From assembly GCA_044892525.1 (NCBI GenBank), contig CM097888.1, forward strand, positions 2,170,001 through 2,234,000: a DNA stretch of 64,000 bases. The letters are read 5' to 3'. Of this stretch, positions 26,801 through 38,800 are shown in pieces. The translations under genes were made by a program, and so were the position numbers. The stretch comes from Schmidtea polychroa. Its lineage: Eukaryota. The notes under the pieces were generated by a model. It had not been told where the DNA came from. It did not search any database and saw nothing but the letters and a program-made list of their open reading frames with translations. Within the stretch, counting starts at the first letter, position 1, and each line of letters starts with the position of its first letter.

Positions 26801-29800
26801 GAAAACAGATTTTTAAGTCGACAAGCCCTAAAACAAACTTTTCCATATTTCAGCTTCTTCTCTATCCAAATAAATATAATTATATTTTTCTTTCCAATGA
26901 TTATCAACAAACATATCAAACATATTCTTATCAGGTTCAACATTTGAAAATAAATCATTATAAATCATATTCTTATCACGGCGATCTAATTTAAAAAATA
27001 TAAAACAATTAGAATTATTTCTTATAGAGTTTTTATCTAAAGCATAATATGTTTGAGATATATAAATAACATTACAATTATTATGTCTTCCTCTTGTAAA
27101 GTAACTCTTTTGAATCTCTTGATTTTTCATGTTAACAACATCATTAAATATAACTAAATTCTTTTTATCTTTAGGAAGTAAATCACAATGTAAAACATCT
27201 TCAGGTTTATTAGAGAATAAAACTTGAATCGCCTCTGCCTGCCCCTCATCTTCACAGATGTAATCATTTTTATTACTAATATCTGATTCTAAAATCTTTT
27301 CCTTATACCAATCAACCATATCACAAGGTTGAAAAACTTCTTCAGGACATCTATGTTGATTTTTAAAAATATCAATTATAGCTTTTTTAGTTAATTTATT
27401 TTCAAATCCACATTTCAAAAGTTGTAATTCTGGTTGATTTATGGTTGTAGAGTAAAAGATTAAATTATTATAATCTAAAAAACCATCTTCAAGCAACATT
27501 TTCAAAACAAGTACATTCTTTCCACATCCAGAAGAACCAACAATTAATAATCTAAAATTATCAGGAAATACTTTATTATTAAATTTAGATTTATGTCTAT
27601 TTAAAATTGGTTTCCAAATATCCATTTTATTTATTTAAAAATGACAACTGAAGAATCTTTGCAAGAATTAATAAATTCAAATAAAAATAAATCAGTAGTA
27701 ATTGATGGTAAAAAATATTTTATTGGAAAACATGTAAAAGAACAAGTTAGAGCGAAGATTAAAGAAGGTGGCATTCTTCCATTAGCTGCTTTAATACCTG
27801 CAATCATTGCCGGACTATCAGGTGCTGCTGGAATAGCTGGAGGAATTGCAACTACAGTTCAAAAAGCTAAAGAATCTCAAAAGACAGACCTAGAAAAAGA
27901 AAAACTACAAACTGAAATCGATTCAATGAAAAAGAAGGGAGTGTCCGAAGGTCAAAAGTCCGTTGGAAAAGGTCTCTATCTTAATCCATATCAGAAAGTG
28001 TCCGAAGGTCAAAAGTCTCAGGGGAGTTGCTCCGTTGGAAAGGGTCTCTATCTTGATCCTTATAAAGGCCGCGGTTTAAATGATTTTTTAAAAAATCAAA
28101 TTTCATCATCTGAATCTTTATCTTCAAAAGATAAAGATGATTTAAAAAAAATGTGTAAATCTTTAAAGAATGGATGCCTTTGTAAAACTAAAAATGGTAA
28201 AGGATTATATTTAAAACCTTGGAAGGAACCATGATACCATTTTTGATACCATTAAAATGGTATATGAAGAAAGATTAGCACTTTTAAAAAAATTACAATC
28301 AGAACAAGATAAATATAATAAAAAAGATACAACTCAACATGCTGAATCTATAATATTAAATGAGATAATAACACAACAACAGGGGCCAACAATTAAAGCT
28401 ATAAAAGAGTTGGAAGATTTCAATGAGCAAGCAAAATTTAAAGAGTTAGAAGATAAAAAACAAAAAATAAAAGAACTAGAGTGGCAGGATAAAGAAAAAG
28501 AATCCAGTGAAAACCATCCTGAAAGAAATCAAAGAAAACGCAGAAGAATTTCTAATGTGGAAGAGAAAGAAATGTTTTTAAAAACAAAACCTCTTAAAGT
28601 TGATCCTAAAATTAGAGATGATTTACCTCCTTCAATTAGACCCACATTTAATACTAATACTGAAGGATATCAAATAATAACAATTAATAAACAAAACTTT
28701 ACTTTATATTCAAATTCATTGCTCATTGAAATCTTCCAACTCTTTTATAGCTTTAATTGTTGGCCCCTGTTGTTGTGTTATTATCTCATTTAATATTATA
28801 GATTCAGCATGTTGAGTTGTATCTTTTTTATTATATTTATCTTGTTCTGATTGTAATTTTTTTAAAAGTGCTAATCTTTCTTCATATACCATTTTAATGG
28901 TATCAAAAATGGTATCATGGTTCCTTCCAAGGTTTTAAATATAATCCTTTACCATTTTTAGTTTTACAAAGGCATCCATTCTTTAAAGATTTACACATTT
29001 TTTTTAAATCATCTTTATCTTTTGAAGATAAAGATTCAGATGATGAAATTTGATTTTTTAAAAAATCATTTAAACCGCGGCCTTTATAAGGATCAAGATA
29101 GAGACCCTTTCCAACGGAGCAACTCCCCTGAGACTTTTGACCTTCGGACACTTTCTGATATGGATTAAGATAGAGACCTTTTCCAACGGACTTTTGACCT
29201 TCGGACACTCCCTTCTTTTTCATTGAATCGATTTCAGTTTGTAGTTTTTCTTTTTCTAGGTCTGTCTTTTGAGATTCTTTAGCTTTTTGAACTGTAGTTG
29301 CAATTCCTCCAGCTATTCCAGCAGCACCTGATAGTCCGGCAATGATTGCAGGTATTAAAGCAGCTAATGGAAGAATGCCACCTTCTTTAATCTTCGCTCT
29401 AACTTGTTCTTTTACATGTTTTCCAATAAAATATTTTTTACCATCAATTACTACTGATTTATTTTTATTTGAATTTATTAATTCTTGCAAAGATTCTTCA
29501 GTTGTCATTTTTAAATAAATAAAATGGATATTTGGAAACCAATTTTAAATAGACATAAATCTAAATTTAATAATAAAGTATTTCCTGATAATTTTAGATT
29601 ATTAATTGTTGGTTCTTCTGGATGTGGAAAGAATGTACTTGTTTTGAAAATGTTGCTTGAAGATGGTTTTTTAGATTATAATAATTTAATCTTTTACTCT
29701 ACAACCATAAATCAACCAGAATTACAACTTTTGAAATGTGGATTTGAAAATAAATTAACTAAAAAAGCTATAATTGATATTTTTAAAAATCAACATAGAT

Positions 29801-32800
29801 GTCCTGAAGAAGTTTTTCAACCTTGTGATATGGTTGATTGGTATAAGGAAAAGATTTTAGAATCAGATATTAGTAATAAAAATGATTACATCTGTGAAGA
29901 TGAGGGGCAGGCAGAGGCGATTCAAGTTTTATTCTCTAATAAACCTGAAGATGTTTTACATTGTGATTTACTTCCTAAAGATAAAAAGAATTTAGTTATA
30001 TTTAATGATGTTGTTAACATGAAAAATCAAGAGATTCAAAAGAGTTACTTTACAAGAGGAAGACATAATAATTGTAATGTTATTTATATATCTCAAACAT
30101 ATTATGCTTTAGATAAAAACTCTATAAGAAATAATTCTAATTGTTTTATATTTTTTAAATTAGATCGCCGTGATAAGAATATGATTTATAATGATTTATT
30201 TTCAAATGTTGAACCTGATAAGAATATGTTTGATATGTTTGTTGATAATCATTGGAAAGAAAAATATAATTATATTTATTTGGATAGAGAAGAAGCTGAA
30301 ATATGGAAAAGTTTGTTTTAGGGCTTGTCGACTTAAAAATCTGTTTTCTGTAACTCATTATTATAAAATCTACCTAATATTTTTTCATTATTTAAATCAA
30401 TGATGCTATATGTTATTGGGGTTGTATAATGTATTTTATTTATAATAAAAATTTCATTTGTCCATTTTGCTGTGAATCCTTTTTCAAATTTATTTTTATA
30501 TTTAAATATTCTTACTCGGTCACCAATTTTAAACTTTGGTTTTTCAATAACATCATTTTCAACAGGATTTATGAGTTCCAAAGGATTCAAGGAAGCATTT
30601 AAAGGTGTTAATTTTATAGAACTATGTACATCATTATTATATTCATTTACAATCTTTTGTAACAATTCATTGTTCCATTTTTGTTTTCCAATAGCAGTAA
30701 AATATTTCCACATTTTATTTTTTAATGTTCTATTTAATCTTTCAACTACGACTGCTTTTCCTTCGTTTTCTGTTGAATATAATTTAATATCATTTTCATT
30801 TAAAAACTTTGTAAAAACTTTGTTATAAAATTCTGTTCCTTTATCACACCATAAATATTTTGGAATTCTTTGATGTTCTTCAAATATATTTTCAAATGCT
30901 TCTGTAATGGAATATCCTGTTTTATTTTCTAAACACCTTGCAAAGGCAAATCTTGTATATAAATCTATTACTGTTAAAATTATTTTATATTTTTCAGGGT
31001 CTGATGATTTGGTTGGCATAAAGACTAAATCAGCAGACCATGTTTGATCTTTTTCATGTACTTGAACTTTTAAATATTTTTTATTTTTTCTAAATTCATG
31101 GTGTAATTCGTTGGCATATTTTATTTGTGATTCTGTTGGGGTTAATAAACTAGTCTTGGATATATTCTCGAGGGATCTTTCAGCATCTGCTTGTTCAATA
31201 ATCTTTTTATTAGCAACATCTTTTGCTTTCCTAGGAAGTCTTGCACCCATGGCGATCGGACTGTGTCCTAAGCCTATGAAAATTTTACCTTTCATTGCTA
31301 ATTTAACTAGAGCTCTTTGAATCTTTTCTTGGGTTGATGGATTTTGTATATTATTTAAATCATGTATTAAATTAACATCTGCAACATGTCTATCTTTAAG
31401 ATCTTCTGAATTGTAAGCAATATCATGTTTTAAAGCTGCTTGATCAATTCTATTTGTTGGTTCTTCTCCTTGTTTGGGATTATTATTTTCATCTAATCTA
31501 ATCTAATATCTAATCTTGTTCCTGGCCCAGTATAATTGTGTTTAAATAAATGTCTTTCACCTGGATATTTTTCTGTAGTAAAAGGTTTTAATATTGAAGA
31601 TGTTGTTTTTGAAGATTGCAAATCACCTCCAGCTCGTGGAATTAGATCACCTCCTGTATGTTTTTTAGTTTTTAAATGACTTGCTTTATGATGTCTTGTA
31701 ACTTGACAATTACAACTTTCACATCTCCAATATTTATTTAGAGACATTTTAAAATGTTAAAATATCAGGGATTATATCAAGAATCTCCACTAACATTTTC
31801 AATAATTGAAATCTTTCCACCATATAATTTCATTTCTATTTTCTTTTCTTCTAATATTAATGTATATACTTTAGCTTTGAAATTAGAATCCTTTGTTACA
31901 TGAAGTGTAACATCAACATTATTTATGGCTAATCTATCATCTTGATCTGATACATTTATACAAAATATAGAATATAAATTTTTGAAATCTTCTAAACTTA
32001 ATTGCGGTTCAACTTTGAAATCATAACATGTTTCAATATAATTTAGATATGGGAATATGTTTTCATTATTTTCAATATTAAATTCCATTCTATTTATTGG
32101 ATAATAAGAACTATTTAATTGAATTTGGATTGTTTTTAAATTATCATCTCCAATCTTTTGAATAAATAGATTGTTATTTTTTTGGAAAGATGAATCTGTT
32201 TCTTTGAATCCAATCAAGATATACCTTGGTCGGTATGCTAAATTTGCTACCTTTATGGAATATGTTGAACCCTCTGTCATACTAAATTCACTACAGATTC
32301 TATTTAAATAATTTACATTTATAGACTTGTTGGAATTTAATCTTTCAAGGAGTTTGATTTCAGAATGTGGGTTTAATGTCCATTCAGGTATATGCAATTC
32401 AAGTGTTGATAATTTTAATTTAGCTTTTGTATCTGCAGCTCCATAGAACAATCTTTTATCACCTTCTACTCTATTACAAACTAATTCTATAAAAACATTA
32501 TGAAGTATACGATTATAGTTTTGAAGGAATCCAAACAAGTGTTTTAATTCAAAATAACCTTCAAATTTTTTAGATTTATAAAGTTCAGCTCTTTTATAAT
32601 AACCATAATTTATATCTAAACCATCTTTATCTAAATCTCCTTTATTAACATCAGGAATCCAACCTGTTAATTCACCATATTCGTTTTTATAATCACAACC
32701 AGTCAAAATAAAATTTAACATTGTAGAATATACTCCCGGATGCAAAACAGTTTCAATTTCTGATGATCCTAGTTTTAATCTCATGTTGGAGAATAAATTT

Positions 32801-35800
32801 GGAAAGAAATTATTTTCTAGGGTTATATCTTTGTTTGCTTCAATTTCTAATTCGATTTTATAATATAATTTAGCATTACAAATATCTATTGGGTTTGATG
32901 TTTGAAGAGATTGAAAAACTATATCACCCCTACGATTTAAGTTTGCAATCGATCCTGACGTAGGGGATATTTTGCGCACTGTGAAGTATCTACCAAATCA
33001 GTACTCTCATCAAGAGCGATCGAAAATGCTTCAAAATCTCCAGCCTTTTCAATAAATTGTTTTTCACATTATCTGCTAAATCGGTTATTCTGCTTGCAAC
33101 TGTATTAGAAGACAGACTTATGCTTTCGAATAGTTTCTTTTTATCAGGAATTAAAATTTCCCTGGCCTTCAAAAAACATTCTTTTATGAATGGACCTTCT
33201 GTGAAAGGTCGCGATGATTCAGCTATCATCAGGCTTAGCTCAAAACTTGTTTTTACTGAATTTTCTGCAAATTGGCTTAAATTCGAAAAAAAGTTTCGTT
33301 GCTTATCAAATTCTATTTTAAGCTTGTTAACCTTTTCATCTCGAATTTTTCCAGTATATTTATCATATTTTTCACGATGCATAGTGTCGCAGTGCCGGCG
33401 AAGGTTGAACTCCTTTGGTACTGCGATAATCTGCTGGCATATAAGGCACTGAATTTTATCTCTCGCCTCTGTGAAAAAATATAAATTCTCCCACTTCTCT
33501 TGGAAAACCCTTCTTTCATCAACGAGTTTTCTTTTTCTAGATAACAAAGTCATTTTGTGATGGGTATAAAAAATTTTAAATATGCCAATTATTATTTGTT
33601 GATTGAAATAACATTAAATTAAAATAAACAAAAATTTAAATTATGTAAAATATATGTATTTTTAATATAACTTATATTTTTTTAATTTAAATAATTTAAA
33701 TAATAAAATCAATAATTTTTAAAATAAATAAACTGTTTTCGATAAGATTCATAAGAAAGACGTAATAAAGCCATTATTAAATTGTACTAGACGTCATATG
33801 TATAAATAAAAATAATTAAAAAGATTAGTTTTAATTTATACAGCTAATTATGATTTAAATTGTTAAAGAAGTTTGGTTAAATTACAAATCTATGTTTTTT
33901 CGTTGCGGGCCGCATGCGGCCCGCGGGCCGCGTGTTTGAGACCCCTGATCTAAAAGATTACAAAAAAACTAAATTCATAAACTTGAAATACCTCTTGCTC
34001 GCGTCTGTGTGCGCACACAGCCAAAAACAAAGAAAAGAAAAGTGCACACAGACGCGAGATCAACTAACAGCCCAACACAAAAAATTACATTGCTCGCGTC
34101 TGTGTGCGCACACAAATTCATCACACAATACAACGCGCACACAGACGCGCATTGAGCTAATAATTCACCATACAGATATATTACCATCTACCTCATACCC
34201 AACGTATAAAATGAAGTTCGAGACAATGCCACCCTTGGGTACATCAGTATTGGAGATGGTGTCGAAATATCCATTTAGCACATTGGAACGGCTAAAGGAA
34301 GAGTATAAAGATGAAATAAAATCAGAAAATGACCAAGATAGTGATGATCAACAAAAGTTCAGAGATAATATCAGAGGAATCTCAACAATATTAATGGTCA
34401 ATATGGGTAAAAAGACTTATAAACCTACGATTAAATTAAAAGTTAACAGGCATACGGTACATGCCATTATTGATTCAGGATCAGATTTGACATTGATCGA
34501 AGCAAATTTATTAAACGAAAAAGAATTACAAGCAATAGTGCCGACATTAACTGTGGCATCGGGAGCAAATGGACAACCTATCAATGTTATCGGAACATTA
34601 GATTGTGAATTAAGGTTGTGTGATCAAAAATTTAGACACGATATAAAGGTCACTAGACAATGTATGGCAGAATGTATCGTGGGAATGGATATATTGAAAA
34701 AGTTAAAAGATATTGTATTCGATTGTGCAACAGGTGAATTAGTGAAAATGACGGGTAGAAAACGGAAAACCTACAGTGTGAATGTAGTGTTTTTGGATAG
34801 AACGGTGACAATACCACCGAGGACCGAAACAGTTTGTTTCGTAGCAACACATAAGAGGTGGAAGGAGATGTTATTTTCGAACCGAGTGAGCAGTTCGTAA
34901 CTAGGTATAAAACACCTATGGTGCAAAACTTGGCAACAGTACGGGGAGGAAGGATCCCGATTAGATTAACGAATCTAGCGAGTAAATCATTGAGATTATA
35001 CCCAGAAACTAGAGTGGGTAAAGTAATACAACTATCTAACATGCAGAAAGAGTCTGAATCGATATTATCAGTAGAAGAGGATGAACGAGATCCTGATATC
35101 GAATATTACGACGCACCGAGCTGCGATAGTAAAGCCTTATCTAGAAAAGAGAATATCAGAGTTAATCAATTGTTACGTAAATATGACCAAGTTTTCGCAA
35201 AGCATGAATATGACTTAGGGCAAGTTAATATCTTAGAGCATGAAATTAAATTAACAGAAAATAAACCGATAAAAATACACCCGTACAGAATACCTCAAAG
35301 TATACAAGGGTCAGTAGACAAACAAATCAAATTAATGCAAAAATATAATATAATCAGACCCAGTAAATCTCCTTATTCCTCACCTTTGGTGGTTGTAGCT
35401 AAAAGAGACGGCTCAGTAAGATTATGCAATGACTATAGGAAATTAAATGAACAAACAGTTAGTGATAATCACCCGCTACCTTTGCTAGATTACATTTATG
35501 ATAAAATGAAAAATTCAAAGTTGTTTACTGTGATGGATGCACAGAAAGGTTTTTATCAAATAAAGATGAGCGAAGACTCAATTCCTATGACAGGATTTTC
35601 TACAAGTAATGATCACTTTGAATACTTAGTAATGCCGTTTGGATTAAAAGGAGCCCCTCCAACTTTTCACAGGGCAATGAATATCATGTTGATGGATGCA
35701 CATCACGCAATGGTATATATAGACGATATTATCATCTTCTCGGAAGATTTAGATAAACATTTGGAACATCTTGAGGACATTTTCAAAAGATTGATTATGG

Positions 35801-38800
35801 CAAATCTGAAAGTAAAGCCAAGTAAATGCAAATGGGCAGAATCGGAAGTGATTTACGTAGGGCATGTAATATCACACGATTGCGTAAGACCAGATCCGGC
35901 TAACACGGATAAAGTAAAGAATTTCCCACAACCAGTGAATGTAAAACAAATCAAAGGATTTTTAGGATTGACGGGATATTACCGGAAATTTATACGAAAT
36001 TTTTCAGCAATTGCTTTTCCTTTAACTACCTTAGAAAAGAAAGGTATAAAATTTTTATGGGGAGAAGACCAGCAACAGGCATTCGATAAGTTAAAAGATG
36101 CATTATGCAAACCACCAATTCTACGATTTCCAGATTTTAAAAGACAATTCATTGTGATAACCGATGCATGCACAAGAGGTATAGGTGCAGTTTTGGGACA
36201 GAAAGATGAAATTGGCGATGAATACGCAGTAGCATATGCAAGTCGTGGATTGAAGCCACACGAAAAAAGTTATGCTGTAATAGAATTGGAAGCATTAGCA
36301 TTAGTGTTTGCAGTGGAAAAATTTAGTCATTACCTTTGGGGCAGAAAGGTAATTTTCTATACGGATCATAGACCATTGCAATGGCTACTAAAACATAGAG
36401 ACGAAGCATCAAAATTAGTAAGATGGACATTGAGATTACAGCCATATAATATCGAAAATGTATATCGTAAAGGTAAAGCTAATGGTAATGCAGACGCATT
36501 ATCACGAATGGAGCAAGAGCCTGAGTTAGAAGATATAAAGGAAGGAAGATTAGAAGGGACAATCTTCATGCTAACAAGAGAGGCTAACACTTTGAGTGAT
36601 TTAGTAGAGGCTCAGAAAAATGATGACGAGATCAATATGATCAGACAAGCTATAGAAGCAAAGGCCATACCAAATGAATTTCAGAAATATTGGGAGAAAC
36701 ATAAAGATAAATTCATATTGGAAGGTCTAATCAAATACGTTGAATCAAGGAATAATGTAATATTAGTGCCAAAGAAATACAGAGAATCACTATTATTACA
36801 ATACAACGATGGAGCACTGGGAGGACATCTCTCAGCTAGACACACACTATCGAGATTAAAAATGAAATACTTCTGGCCATATATGAAAGATGATGTTAAA
36901 AAGTGGTGCCAATCATGTAAGATATGTATAACCAGAAGGAACACAGGTAGAAAACCACATGTTCCATTGAAACCAATGCCAGTACCGTCCTCGCCAATGG
37001 AGATGACTGCTATGGACGTACTAGGGCCGTTTAAAGAATCGAAGATGGGAAATAAATTTATCATAGTATTTTGCGACTACTTAACGAAGTGGCCCGAAGC
37101 ATTCCCAATTCCGAATCATAAGGCAGACACAATTGCCAGAATCTTTGTAGAACAAATTGTATTTAGATATGGTGTTCCGACAAAATTGCTTACCGACAGA
37201 GGAAAGGATTTCATGAGCAATTTGTTAAAAAGTATAAATGATTATTTTGGTATTTTAAAGTTAAATACCTCACCATACCACCCACAGACGGATGGATTGA
37301 TAGAAAGGTTCAATGGAACCTTGGCAAACATGTTATCATCATACGTAAACTCAGGTCAGGCGGACTGGGATGTGCACATACCATCATGTTTGTTTGCGTA
37401 TAGAAATGCTGTTCATTCAGTAACAGGAGAAACACCTTTCTATTTGATGTATTTAAGGCATAACAAGATGCCAGTGGATCTTATATTTTATCCGAAAGCT
37501 TCACAGAATTGTGATGAGGGAAATTACTTATTCGAGATGAGAGAGAGAATGCAAGAAGCCTGGGAGAAAGCAGGTTTGAACATTCGTTATAACCAAGAAA
37601 CAATGAAGGAATATCATGATCGCAAGGCAAAGGATCATGGATTTTTGGTTGGAGATTATGTCATGTTAGAGGGACATTACAACAAAAAAGGTTTATCTCC
37701 AAAATTAATGAGAAATTACAAAGGGCCTTATCAAATTTTGAAAGTCACAGAAACCAATTTAGTCTTGCAGTTAGTGGCAAAGAGAAAAGCAGAACCGATC
37801 ATGGTTCATGCAAACAGATGTAAAAAGTTAGCCCCGCCAGAAAAGGAGAAACCAAAATCCGATATTGATGAATTCAAAATAGATAAGAAATCAAAAAAGA
37901 AAACGTTAGAATCATATAAAAGTATCCTAAAGGGACAACCAGAACGATACCCTTTTCGATCTCGGCAAATCCCAAAAACTGTTACATTTCTAGCAGTGAT
38001 TAGTTGTGTTATGATCATTGGACAAGCATTCGAGGTATTTACACCTAAAGCCAGTCAACATCCAGATATCGAATATCAACGAACAGATAGAGCATTCAGA
38101 TTTCATTTAACGAATATACAATGGCATAGATATGATCTATATTTGGTAGCTGCTGAAAGAGGGATATCATTTCACTTGAATACATGGGATCGAGTAAAAA
38201 TAATAGAGGGACTTATGCCGAATACAAGTTATCTATTAGAAATCAAGACATTTTTTGCAGACCCAAATGTTTTTGCAGACGAGGGAGATTGTGTAGATAA
38301 AGCAGCATGGAATTTGAAGACTGCAAAATTTACCAAAAAAGTAGAGATTTCATATCTCGGGCAGATAGTAAGACTTACTCATCCACGGTGGAAAAGAAAT
38401 GACACATCTTCCACTCACGATTGGAGGACGAATAATAAAATTGCACTAATCGTCATATTAGAAAATGACCAGCGAGTCGAGAGATTAGTGCTCAATCATG
38501 CGTATCTAAGTAGAAGATGGAAAATCAAACCAGATACCGTGACAAAGGCGAATATTTCGTATTTGGAATTTACGGAGAGAACCGGTTGGTATACAATATA
38601 CCAAGAAATAGTAAATCTAATACCTCACACAAAGGGAGAACTAACTAGCAAAGAAGGAAAGGCTAGATTAGTGAGTATTCCTGGTTGTAAAGGAATAAAT
38701 GCTTTGGATCGGTTTAGTATTAGAAAGGTAGCGAGTGTAAAACAGCCCCGCATAACTAAATTAATTAATAATTGTAGTTGTCAAAATACGTTAAAGGGGA

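Larger units (their letters stand above)
22362..32973. mobile_element. Defective Polinton/Maverick (adintovirus-like) endogenous element with an inverted duplication
   Basis: Capsid, PLA2/integrase, packaging ATPase and pX-like genes. No PolB, protease or penton ORF is visible. The left boundary is inferred from the AGTAGT repeat. Confidence 0.85.
24176..32973. repeat. Inverted duplication: arms 24176-28430 and 28719-32973 (4255 bp each), 288-bp spacer
   Basis: All mirrored ORF coordinates sum to 57149; the arm boundaries were checked base by base. Confidence 0.97.

Noticed and set aside
31777-33553. In-frame hAT transposase-capsid fusion protein
   Set aside because: The transposase frame (TCA CAG TGC GCA) is offset from the capsid frame (GTG CGC AAA ATA), and the transposase is already frameshifted upstream.
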